Of a DNA stretch of 64,000 nucleotides, positions 50,801 through 62,892 are shown piece by piece; within the stretch, counting starts at the first letter, position 1, and every line of letters begins with the position of its first letter. Source of the stretch: Raillietiella orientalis (Eukaryota); assembly GCA_036172245.1 (NCBI GenBank), contig JAYWIR010000044.1, forward strand, positions 186,001-250,000. Direction: 5' to 3'. Made by a program: the position numbers and the translations under genes. The notes below the pieces were generated by a model, which worked only from the letters and a program-made list of their open reading frames with translations, searched no databases and was not told where the DNA came from.

Positions 50801-52339
50801 GCGCATTTCGTGGATTTCATCCCCCGGATACTTCAGTGTTTCCCTCTCCTTCCCCGTTAGGGATCATTTCACCTCCAGACTGCCATCAACACTTCCGTCT
50901 CGTCTTTCAATGTTACCATCGTACAGCAGAACCTTCGCAGGAAACGTTCCGAGATGCATCGAACATTACTTTTTAGGGTTCGTGCGCTCCGGCATGACTC
51001 CTTTCAAAATCTCCACTTTGGGACCGTAAAAGTCGCAGGTTGCTAGGTAGCGCATCGGATCAGGAATACCCACAAAAAGTCATTTGCAGTGCAGCAGCAG
51101 CAAGACTGAGCGTGCAGTTCACCGGTTCGCTGTGATGAGCTGCTGTTGCCCTAGGGCTTACGCTACCTAATACTCCAATTTATCAGTGTGTCTCGTTATT
51201 TCGCTGCATCCGAGCAGCATTAAGTGGAAGATGTGCACCCCTCACGGAACGGCAATGTGGAACAACGCCGACACCATCCTGACAAGGAAACAAAGTCCCC
51301 ACAGCGTTTTTCCATCTCTAGCCACACTGTCGGTCCACAGCAAGCATTCGCGATTCCATTCCTCCACACGCGACTCGGTGCTATGGGAATCGCCTGACGG
51401 CATAGTTCCGGCCTCACCTGCCCATGCGCCAGTTCATGGCAGAACCTGAAGACTCTGTCCTGAAGGACGGTTAGTTTTCCTCAAAACAGAAAGTCTTGTG
51501 CGAGTCTCCGTCTGCTGCTTCCCACAGCGTTCGCAACGCTGCCTTCACCTTTTCTGCCCGAAAGTTCGCTGCAGATGAATTTGCCCACAGCGTTTGCTTC
51601 GCGCGAATACTCAAAGATGTCACTGCTGGCGGCGCCCTTCCCTGAAACTTCCCTCTACTTCGATGCGGGATGAAATCAGGGAATTTCTGTTGTTGAAACC
51701 GGTCGGCGGCTACCCCCCATTTGCAAATTTCCCTCGGTCCTCTAGACCCGATCTTGGGTTCACTCCCTATCGTGGGTTCGTATGCTGGCTTGGGGACGCA
51801 TGCAATGCCAAATTAATGGCCATGCGTGGGGTGTTTCCCTTGCCGTTGATTTCGAATCATTTCTGACGCGCCTTGGCTCCCGTTTCCCCCACAAATTTCT
51901 CTTTCTGGATTCCTGAGGCACTCCGTGCCCTTTAGGTCAATCTGCCGAGCTGCCATCTAATTCTTTTAGATAGAGCAACACAGTGCTCGTGGAGTACGGT
52001 GTGTTTCCTGCCTGCATTCTTCGGGAAGTTTTCGGTAGTCAGACAGAGCACGTTCCGTGTTCCTCCTAGCGACCTTCAGCCGTGGGCACAGATATCCGAT
52101 ATGTCCCTGGTGTTTCGCTGCTGTGGGTGATTTGTTTTTTCAAGGAGATTTCTAATTGAGGTGGAGTCTTTTTCTAAGTTTGAGCAATCGGGCTTCTGGG
52201 CGCATCAATTAAGAGAGTCTGTATCTATGAATTTAAATGAGGTCGTCGATAATTGGGACACTCTAGAGTCTTCTAGAAAGAACGACAAAGAAAAAAAAAA
52301 AAAGAGGTGCTTTTCACGGCTGGCTTTGGTAGCAAACCA

Positions 52340-52600
52340 AAGTGATTATGCCGAATCCGGCAGCCTGGATCTTTCATTCCCACTGACGTTGCCACGTGGA
52401 CACATCTTTGGTACCCCATACCATGAGCCATACCATGAGCCCGATGGGAGTCTCTCATCCAGCTTGGAAGGGAAACGCCTCTCGGTGAAAAGGGTCATTT
52501 CATCTGGAGGCTGAAGCCGCAAATGGATGAGTTTCCCTGAGGGCACTTTCCAATCCTTCCGATTCCCGTTAACCGCGCAACCAAAACCACGGCGAGCTTC
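52340..52600 (-). pseudogene. Possible VMO1-like (vitelline membrane outer layer protein 1) remnant
   Basis: Minus-strand fragments KCPQGNSSICGFSLQMK and GSWYGVPKMCPRGNVSG resemble VMO1 repeat motifs but are in different frames. The DDTALN motif was not seen. Confidence 0.3.
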
Positions 52601-53264
52601 CCAACGTCCGTGGAAGCAAACGACTGGGTTCCCTGGAGTTTTTGTCTCATGCCGGTTCTTGGACTTCTTCGTCAGCAAAGGTCGATGAACCCAGAGCTCC
52701 ACGCTGGAGCAAAGGACAAAGTGGCTCCGGTCGGTCCCTGCGTTTACGGAGCGCCACTCCTTCGAGAAGAAAAAAATTTTTTTCCTCTCAGCACCCCACG
52801 TCGCTCCTCTCCCATGCTGGAAGGGAAACCTTTCCCATCGGGAAGAGGCGATCGTGAGCAAGGTCTGCTCGCTGCGTTCGATCTACTTTGCGGGACGATT
52901 TCGAAATGGCGGGGTGCTGGAGACCTGGGAATTTCCTTGTCTTCCCAGGGGTTTCGCAAGAGGCCACCATGCTTTGCTGTAGGTCGTTGCCGAGCTGGGA
53001 ACAATAAACCCAGAGGCTGGTTCTAAAACCTTTGGAGGAGCGAGCTACTTCCCCGTGACCAGCCGCGTATCGTGGCTAGCTGAGTCTCTCCTTGCGACCA
53101 CCTCCTCGGCCGGCTCATTGTGTCGGCGAGCAGCTACCGAGCCACAGATGCGCTGCTGATTCTTCTGCACCCATCAGCGTGGAGCAGCTCGACCTCATAC
53201 GCTGCCTGTTCTTCTTTTTGTGCTTCCGCAGGAACGTACACGCCTGGTCAAGAAGGCTCGCAGC

Positions 53265-54200
53265 ATGCTTTCCTTCGTGGCTGTGAGTTTGTGGGTAGCT
53301 GCACTGGCACAGGACTGCCCGCCGAGCACGATCCTACAGGATTACCTGAATCTGTGGGATTTCAGCATCATCCAAAATCCATTCCTGCAAGATACTCTGG
53401 TATTTCTTTCTTTCCTCCCACCCCCCTTCGCTTCCTCCCTCTCCCTCGCTCCCACCGCTCTGGTCTTATGCTACAGGGAAATTTGGCGCGCCCTCATGCG
53501 TATGCGAAGGTCCAAACAGGAATTCTTTGCTTGATGGCAGCGCGCTGTGCTTCTGACACCTCGGTAGTTGAAAAGTGCCGCGTCCTCTTGCTGCAAAATC
53601 CCTGATTCGTTTCCATTGCCCCCCTCCCCCCTAAATGAAAAAATCTCTCGCAGACTCAACGGTTCCAATTCGTGGACTGCGGTAGAAAAAGCGACCCAGT
53701 GAAGATCAAAGGCTTGAGCCTTTCGCCTGACCCGATAGAGCTGCCCGGGAAGGTGTACGCCACCGCAAGGGTCAGACTCACTCAGGCCGTCAACAGCTCC
53801 GTCTCCGTGAGTATCGCACGAAGAGCGCCGGTTCGACCGTTGGTCGCGGGCGCTGGCTTTCCAGGCGCACCTGAGACTCAGTTACGAGACGTTTTTGGGG
53901 TGGGTCACCGTCCCCTGCCTGTTTGGGTCGGTGGGCTGCGAATACAAGAACGTCTGCTCTCTGTACGATGGCCTCTTCGGCGGGTCGAACTGCTCGCCCG
54001 ATCTGGAAAGAGCGGGGATACCTTGCGAGTGCCCGATACCCATCTTGAAGACCCAGTTCAAAAACGCCTGCATCTCGTTGAACAGCCTCCAGGGAGCGCC
54101 GAGTGGGCATTACAAGACGAAGATAGAACTGTACAGGAAGAACCAGAAATACGGATGCTACTTCTTGAACTTTTATTTGAGCACCGGTTCAGGTACGTGA
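53265..54200 (+). CDS. Ganglioside GM2 activator-like ML-domain lipid-binding protein, paralogue 1 (207 aa; exons 53265-53399, 53654-53806, 53865-54200)
   Basis: Signal peptide, then FVDCGRKSDPVKIKGLSLSPDPIELPG, GWVTVPCLFGSVGCEYKNVC, GIPCECPI and PSGHYK...YGC, all typical GM2A motifs. Two phase-0 GT-AG introns join the exons in frame. Confidence 0.93.
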
Positions 54201-55631
54201 GCGCTGACCAATGCCCCGCGGAACGGGCCGCCACCCGCATGCCGCCCGATCGAAGGTTTGAATGAGTGCCGAGACCCGGCACTCGTTCAAACCCGTTAGG
54301 ACAACGGCATCTCTCTCACTTTGCTGGGGGGAGAATGAATAGGAATTCCTCATTTTAAGGGCAAGGCACTCCCGTATTGTGCGAATAACATGGCCCTCTC
54401 CCGTCTGCAGCTGAACTCCTTCTCGGTGCTCAACGAACGGGAAGTACGGTGAGGCGGCTGGCCGTGCTTCCCGTTCTTCCTCTCCCGTTCTCCGGGCTGG
54501 TCGTCGAAACGAAAAGTACGTTTCCCGTTCTCGCTTGGTCACACGAAGAACTTCCGAAACTGCTCGCTAGAGGGCAGGCGCGGCTTCCTTCGCTTTGCGC
54601 AGCGACGAATGCTCCCTATTCCCGTTCGGGATGCCCCCCATTCAGAGTGTTTCGGTGGTCTTGATCCTCTCGCTTCCCTGGAACCCGAAGATGGTGCCCC
54701 GATGGATCCCCGATTGTCAATTTTTCCCTTCTCCCGTCATCGGTGTCTCTCTCTTACAAGGGGGACTGATGTCAAAACAAGGTCAGGTGATTTTCTCGAG
54801 AACATCCCCGAAAGCGAATTTGTCACCGGAAAGGACTGCGCTCCAGCGGTAATTTTCCTGGCTGTACGTACCTGGCACCAGACGGACTCCTCTTAAACTT
54901 CGGAAATTTTATTCCTCCGGTCTTTTATCTTAATTATCCTTTTACGTCTTCTCGCCCCGTTCTTATCTCCGTCGTTCCTCACTGCGAGCTGATGCAGAAT
55001 CACCTCCTGCCGTGGAGCCAGGCTCATTCCGAGCGTCGTAAGTATCTCCCAGGAGAAGCAGGAAGCCACCCACGGCTCGGATGGAGGAAAATCTCGGGGA
55101 AAGTGCCTCACGAGCAGATGGTTAACCCCGCAACCGCGTCCCGCGTCCAAGAGAGCAACGCCTTCCTTTTCGGTAGGTTCGCCCGCGGGTGGAAGCTGTG
55201 CCCAGCCACCCTGGTCGAACCTGGAACTTCTGGGAAGGAGTCGATCGAGGGCTGCGAGAGCGGCGAGCGTCCAGCCTTAACCGTCTTGTTTCAGATGTGA
55301 AGAAGTCCTACGTCCGTCTGAGCAACTTCACGTGGCAGGGTGATGAGATCGGAGGACAAAGCCGGAAGGGCGGTTGAACGGTAGGGCAGACCGGGGGCGC
55401 GATGTCTTTCTGGTTGTGCTGACCCGTTTTTCCCAGAGAACGCGATTCCGTAGAAACCAGCGCGCGGGCGATCTTCAGTCAGCTTAGACGAAACCGTTTT
55501 CTGTCAATAAAAGAGATGAATTATATAAACTGACCACCTCGTGCAACCATTTTTATTATTCAGCGAAACCACTCGAGAAGCACACGTCAGTCGCGACCGC
55601 AGCCTCCTTGCCGCGGCAACAGAGACTGCAG

Positions 55632-56560
55632 TCAATCTTCTTCCAAGTAGAAACTTATCATGTAGCAGCCGAATCTCTTCCCTCGCTTTCTGAGTTCGAT
55701 CTTCGTTCTGTAGTGGCCTTCGGGAATCCTCCTCAGTTTGCCGATGGACAGGCAGATATTGTTCAGGGTGGATCTCACGGGATTGATAGGGCATTGGCAC
55801 GGAATGCCCGCTTTCGGCAGGACCTGCGGGCAGTTTGGCGGCTTCAGCAGCTTGTTGTACAAGCTGCATCCGTTGCTATAGTTGCAGCTTGGCAACCCGC
55901 TCAGGCAAGGGAGCAGCACCCATCCAGCCCGCGCTTCGTACCAGAGCTGCAGATTTGCCTGGAAGCACCTCGCGAAGATGGCATTTTTTTTTTCAGAGTC
56001 ACTTTAAGTAGAACTCACGGAAACGGAGCTGTCCACCACCTCATCGATGCCCAGGTTCGCGGAGAAATAGGTGTTTCCCGGCGCTTCGATGGGATCAGGT
56101 TTCAAGGCTAGAGAGTAAATCTTCAGGGGGTCGTCGTAGCTGCCACACTGCGTCCACTCGAACGAGATATCGTCCAGCATAAGGAAGACAAAAATAAACG
56201 AACGTTCGGCACACGGAAGTCCGCTCGCTCGCCCGCGTGGGTCAAGCGAAGTGCGTGCGCGCGTGATTCCACGCCAGGAAAGGCCCGTGAGCCCAAGAAC
56301 TCAAGGCGTTTCCTGGGGGCCACCTCCCACACTGCCTCTCCGCAAAAGAGAACGCCCAAGACCCATCTTCCACTCCTCTCTAACATTATTAGTACGTGGG
56401 CAATAGAAACCTCGTGGTCATGGGTATACGGGTACGCAATCTGACCAAGGTCCCAGAGGTTGATGTAATCAAACAGGATGGAATTCGGAGGACACCGCCG
56501 ATCTTGAGCGGAGAAAGAGACGCTGGCGATCAGTAGCAGCAAGGATGCGAAGGAGCACAT
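55632..56560 (-). CDS. Ganglioside GM2 activator-like ML-domain protein, paralogue 2 (exons 56560-56411, 56174 or 56156-56019, 55958-55632)
   Basis: Same exon structure and phases as paralogue 1, with WTQCGSYDDPLKIYSLALKPDPIEAPG, GWVLLPC and GIPCQCPI...GHYR...FGC. AATAAA lies downstream near 55555. The intron-1 acceptor is ambiguous. Confidence 0.9.
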
Positions 56561-59500
56561 CTTCGGTGAAAGTGGTTCTGGACGAATATTCTGGAAAAAG
56601 CAAGCATGTTGCTGTGCTTGCAAGTGCGAGTGAGATGCGCGCGTCAACGCGCGGCGGCGGGCGAACGCCGCCGGGACAGCGAAAAGATTGGGTTCGCGCG
56701 GGCGCACTCACCCGCCTTCCTTCCGCCGGCCGGCAAAGGGTTTCCTTCGAGACCAAAAAAAGTGGGCAGCTGCTACGCAACCAGTCTCAGTTCTGCATTC
56801 CCTTTGAGCACCAGCTCACACACCGACACTTCGACGCCTGAGGAAAGTCCTCCAAACTGAGGGTGTGCTAGAAGGGTGCCTCTTTTTTTTTTTTTTTTTT
56901 TTTCGGGTCCGGTTATTGTCTCAGGGGAACGGAGCTGCTGCCGAAAGAGCAGACACGCTGCTAACCCCATTGAACTGGATTTTGGTTCAACGACCGCGTC
57001 TAAACACCCCAAAAGTTGCGGGTGAGAGAGGAAACCAAGCCTTGCCACCGGTTGTTCCTCACATACCGCGCGCAGATGCCGACAAGAGAGCAGCGGTCTC
57101 CATCATTTTTCTCGATCCCGAGAGGACAAGGACACGCAAATCCTCGTGAGAACGCGTGCGAAGGAAAGATTTTTCCCCCCTTTGATCAAAGATCGTCGAG
57201 TAACAAAAAATAGATTGGTAAATGGCCCTATACTGCAGCTTCCAGAGCATATCGAAGAACGTTTCGTGCTGTCCAAAGATGCTGCTCTGACCGTCATCTT
57301 TCGAGCAACACAGAATTCTCCTTTGCCACGAGGGACGGATCGTTCGGAATTCATGGAATCAACCCATTTATGCCTTCGCTGCTGGGAGCAAGATTGGAAG
57401 ATGCCGAAGGGAGAGAACATCCACAGAAATAGCATCCGGGTGAACTCTGACTTTCTGCGAAGGCGGATCATCTAAGCGGACAGCTGGACCAACTAGATGA
57501 TCGCTCAGCCGAGGAGCGGGATTTCAGATCCCAGGAGTTTTCAGTTTGCCTCCCCGTCGGTGCGCCTTTGAGCAAAAAGGCACGCCCGTCGTCGAGATCC
57601 ATGGTTTCCAGGGAACCGGCGGTGTCTCCAGGGAAAACATTGCCCGTGGATAGTTATACGCATGCACTGTACACAGATGTGTGCACTCCTTCAGCAGCAT
57701 ATCCTGCATTGAGAACGTGTGAGAAACCCTTCCCAGTTCTTTTGCAGGGTTAAGAGCGTTGCGTTCCTCAGTGCCCTCACGCGCGTCGGCTGTCTTCCCC
57801 GTTTCCAGTTCTGCAAATTGGGATCCTCCGGGAATCCTGATGACCGACCCACTCTCCCTCATCTCGAACGCTTGCTCCAACTTTCGGAGTCCAGAGCTTT
57901 CTTCTTGCACGCGCGTCTTCATCTTCGTTACTTGCTCCGTTTCCTTGGTATTCCTCCCGTGTTACTAATCCGGAACAGATCGGGAACGATCCTCTGAACA
58001 TCTCAGTGGCTTATTGCGTAGCTCCTTTTTTCCTAACCAAGGGTTGTCAGTTTCAAATGTCTTCGCTGCATCGAACGAATCCACCATTCCGACTGCTTGG
58101 CCATCCGGAAAGAAGGAGTAGGTCGTCTCAGTCCATCTGTAAGAGCATAATTCGAAGATCGCAGTGTGGTCTTTGTGGCCGCAGTTTCTCTTTCCAGTCT
58201 TCCGTGCCAGAGAAGCATCACATCTGCTGATTAGGTGCACTCGCGCTTCTAGGTTGCGGGATGACTGCGGCGATTTCGCAAGAACAAGCCCCATAAGATC
58301 CTCAGCAGTGCTGGACCTCTGGTGCTTGTACGCTAGTGCGTTGTGCCGGAGGATCAAAAGTGGTAGGAGAGTTTTGACTGGCCCCACTGCAAGCCTTGAG
58401 GATGCTGGAGTGCAAGTAAAAGTCCGAGGATAAGATGGACACTGCGATAGCCTTCTCTCCTTTCCAGAACGCACGTTCCATTTGCTTGAACGCTCCACAG
58501 AAGTGCCACCCACTCTGAGATGCGCATGCAAGTAAAACCGAATTCCAAACAGACCCCAGGTATCCGTCGAGGACCGTTGTCCTTCGACAAAAACAACCAG
58601 ACAAAGACGGGAACGTTGGCTCGCTCCTCGAAATGCAGCTCTAAATGAACATTGGCTCCTCCATATGCGGCTTTAGGAATGGCTGCTGACTCCTCGAAAA
58701 GCATCTTCGAGAGCAGGCATCGTCTCCTCGAAACACGCGGCTCCAAGAGCAGAAGTTCCCTCCTCCATAAGCCGCTTCAGCAAATAGGTTCTCAGTAAGT
58801 CGACCCTGTCATTCCTACTGGCATCGCGGTTCTCGCGAGCCTCGTGATGAGTAATTCGATTTTCAAAGCAAAGAGCACCAACGTACCATTTCAGATTGCA
58901 TTCACAGGTGGGAACAGCAAGAGAATTAAGGGAACCACAAGGTACAGCTTGGAGATGTGGCACATTGTAAGAGCAATTTTCTGCTGAAGAGTTCCTCTAA
59001 AGGTCGAGAACCAGGTCACGGAAAATATCTTCGGGAAATGATGCTTTACAGATGGCGATTCCTCTCCGGTCACCTTTCCGAAACGGTCGCGTCCAGGTCA
59101 AGCACACCAAGATGATGAGGAACGTGCTTGCGAACCGCGAAAGTCAACAGCCCCCATCCGTCCACTGGGGCATTCGGAGACACGTTGCCACGTTGCGTTC
59201 CCATCTGACCTCCACCGGGCTTCTTCCCCTCTTCACAAGCGGCGCGGTTCCAATGAATCCGCCGACGCGCAGAGGGTTCTTGCAAGGAGAACCCATTCCG
59301 AATGGCATCACAGATCGGAGGTGTTTCGAGAAAACTTTTCCTTCTGCGAGTGTTGGAACGGGCCGGATGTGAGCACGGAACCTACGATGCAGGCCCGAGG
59401 GCTCAGAGCCGAATTTCTCGTTCTGACCGAGTGCAAGGAGCCACCGCCATCCAGAGACCATATGGAATATTGATAAAGAACTGCAGACGGCATGTTTTCC

Positions 59501-62500
59501 TTCTTTTTTTTTTTTTTTTTTTTTTCTTCGGTCCCGACCGGCACTCGAAGGGAAACCGAATTAATTTTCGGTGCCACTGCGTGCTAGTCGAGGGCTTCTG
59601 AAATCTCCGTCTTGAATTTACCTAACGTTCACGTGCTTTTTGAAAATGGCTTCGCAGGAGGGTTACATTATTTATTAAGCGGAACAAAACCACTGCGATA
59701 AAAAGCCATCTTCATATACAAGTACATCGGGTGTGCCTTTGCGTCGGCTCGTTAAGATTGAATAGCATCTGCCGGCGGTGTACACGAAGCAGTCAGCTGC
59801 AAAAGCAGCTGGTTTGACCCCCGGGGCGTTCGCACGGTGTCCGATCGCTCCAGGAGATGCGAGCTCCGGTCAGCCGTCCCTAACCATCCGTGGTCACTGG
59901 ACGAGTGCCGAGAGCTCTTCTCCCTACAGCTTTACCCCAGTACCCTCGACCCCGTGATGTGAAACAAAGAAAGGCGCTGTTTGGCTTTTGCCGTCGAACG
60001 CCAAGCGTGCGACGGGCTTTGCAAAGCAGCATTACCCTCCCCTCCCCCCTCCCCCTCGAAAAAAAAAAAAAGGAAAGAAAGAAAGAAAGAAAAGGGGGGA
60101 AACACTGACAAGGTGGTAATACAGCTCAGTCGTTCCTCATTTATTATGCATTCCGTCTTCCTTTAAAAATCCAGGCAGTTATTTCACACCCGGTTTGACT
60201 GGGATGCGTCTGCTCAGCACGCGTCAGCATTCTGGAAGAACTGGCAGATTATTACGATTAACGCTCTCCTGGATCGCGATTGGTAACGTTCACACACGTC
60301 TGGAGACGCGTGCACCTTTCTGAAGATGCCTCCGGGATCCCCGAGCCACCATGGAATCGGGATCGGGCAGCCGGTCAGACTGGAAGCTGTGCCTTTAGGA
60401 ATCCGCGGTGGACCTTAATCTTAACGTTCCCATAGTTGCACAGTGTTTCAACTGCACACTTTAGTCTGCATGAGCAGCTGATTTGGTTCCGTTCACGGTA
60501 GTCATCAACGCGCACAGTGTTATATGAATATTGCCGATTCGCTGCTGCTTAATCCAATACGTTCTCAGAACATCGGGCATGGGATGCGACATTCCTAATG
60601 ATGGTTTCGAGAGACAGCTGGAGGTACGCATTGGTCGGTAAACATCCACCACACCACCCTGTCTTGAAATGGCTGAACTGAAAGCTGAGCATCTCACGAC
60701 TCAGCCTCGAGACAATGTCTCGTGAGAGAACCGGAGATCAGAGAGACAGTTACACGAGCAGTGGGAGAAAGGCCAGACACGGAGAGAACGAGAAGAAAGA
60801 AGTTTTAAGTGGGATTTCGAAGGGTTTCTTGCATCGTCGTCAGACGTCCGCTTGGTTTCGAGAAACCGCCGTTGCCGTGGAGACAGGCGTGGCGAAGCGC
60901 ACCGAAATTTCTCGATCCTGGTAGGATAAAAGATGCGAGAAAAATAAATCTCCTTTTTTTCACTGCTAGGCTACTGGCAGTGGGGGCCGGGGGGCGGGGA
61001 TGGGGATGGGGGGGCAGAGAGAATTCGAGAGCATCTCAGCAACGCATATTAACCATGGACACGCAGCGGACGGCTTCCGTTTGCTGAAGAAGACCTCGCA
61101 CGCTCCCGGGCGCAGTGCCGACCCTTTAGCAATAAATAGAATGGTGACAGTCAGCACGCTTCTATCGGTTCCGTGGAAGCAAGGGAGGCGTGGAAATCCG
61201 GATTTAACAGAATCAGAATCGTCAGCAACCGAGTCAGCAGTGAGGGGACCAGGAAAGTCGCACTTCGCGGACTGCATAGGTATGCGCTAGGTCGCTCGCC
61301 AGCAACCAAAGTCGAAACACCAGAGCTTCCTAGACGGTGCGCCCAGCCTATGTGGGATCTGTTCTGGATGTTGGATTCCCATTTCGGCATCCTGGACACT
61401 GGCTGTCCTCTCGGAAGCGCCCTTGTCGCATTCAGAAGTGGTCTAGAAGAAAGGAAACCAAATGCGGAGATCCTGCTACCTCCTTGCCGACGAAGGCTTC
61501 CAGGAGACCCTCCGAGCCACTGTGATTGGCTTTCTACCCAAAGTGATGAGAGAGCTGAAGATGCACCTTGACTAACTGAGGAGTCTCGTGGTTGCTTCGG
61601 GCATCTACCATGGCCGCGATGTGCACTGGACCCACACAGATTAGACATCCGATGAAGAAAGCGCACGTAACGTCCACGTCCAAGAACTAATGCCAACCGA
61701 TGCGGGTGCAGACGAAGGATTCATACCGTGACCTCATACAAACCGAACAAAACTGACATGACATGACCATGGCGAAGACTGTAAAGGTACCAGCCTCCTC
61801 TATTCTATGGTAATCCCTTCGTTTGCGTAGCAAGCAGAGCAGGTTCGCTCCACACGCTCTTTGATGGCCTGCAAAACATTGAACATTTTGGTCCGAATCC
61901 CCGATACCCCGGAGAATCTCCTGGTTGCACCCTGCAGCACGTCTTTTTTGCGAGTCCGAGAGTGAATGAGCCCTCCGTGTGCCTCTTGTACGCCTCCAGG
62001 GTGCTTTGGAACGCGCGGCATGCGCCGAGGTCTATGAGAACTCTCAGGACGAGGTCAGATCTCAAGGTCAGCTCCGCATCCCTTTGGTTGTTGGCCAGAC
62101 TCCCGCCTTAGTCCAGGCGACGCCTTGGCGTGGTGGGTCGCGGCAGCCGGAAGCGCCACGCAAGGCGATTCAGAATGCATTTCAGATCGTTGCAGAATCG
62201 CTGCTGCTTAGAGCAAAGATTCTGGTGGCTGCACGAGATCCTGCATTTGGCTTCTTGTATGTGAATGGTTTCAGGATGCGTTCGGGAATAGAAAAAATCA
62301 TTGCGGAAACGGTGCTTTGTAGAAAACGCCTCCCGTTTCCAGTAGCAACGCTTTCTCATACCTCGGGGTGCGCGGTCAGCTTTCACCAGCCGTTCCGTTT
62401 CGAGTCGTTTCTCCTTGAGAAGAAGCGTTTCTAGGAAACGTAGCTCCGTGGAAACTCCTGCTCGGATAGCAGGTTCGCTGCTTCGAGGAAGGTTTCCCTG

Positions 62501-62892
62501 AGTTTCCAGGAACGGGCAGAGAAGTCTGCAATGTAGATGTACATGGTACACAACACACGTAGCATGTAAAAGGTAGTGTTTTGGAATCCGGAGAAGCTAT
62601 CAGACGTAAAGCTGGAGAGTAACGAGAGCTGATGAGAAGACAGAAATCTTGGAGAATCTTGCATCACATCCAGCAGCAGGAAATTCTTTATGAGGAACGC
62701 AACGCATCTTAGAGGAATGTGTGTTTGAGAAACCCGTGCGCGGTATATGCAATCCCGCATGTCACGGGATCTTCAACCTCTTTATGCACGGGTCATTTCT
62801 GTGAGGTGGACTCCTCAGCTTGGCATCTCGTATCTCCGCACAATTTTCGGATCACACTTTTATTGCTTACTAGCAGGCATGCTTATCACAGA

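Noticed and set aside
50600..51050. Possible second LRR remnant (QETFRDASNITF / LGFVRSGMT)
   Set aside because: Only one weak repeat across a frameshift; not supportable without a search.
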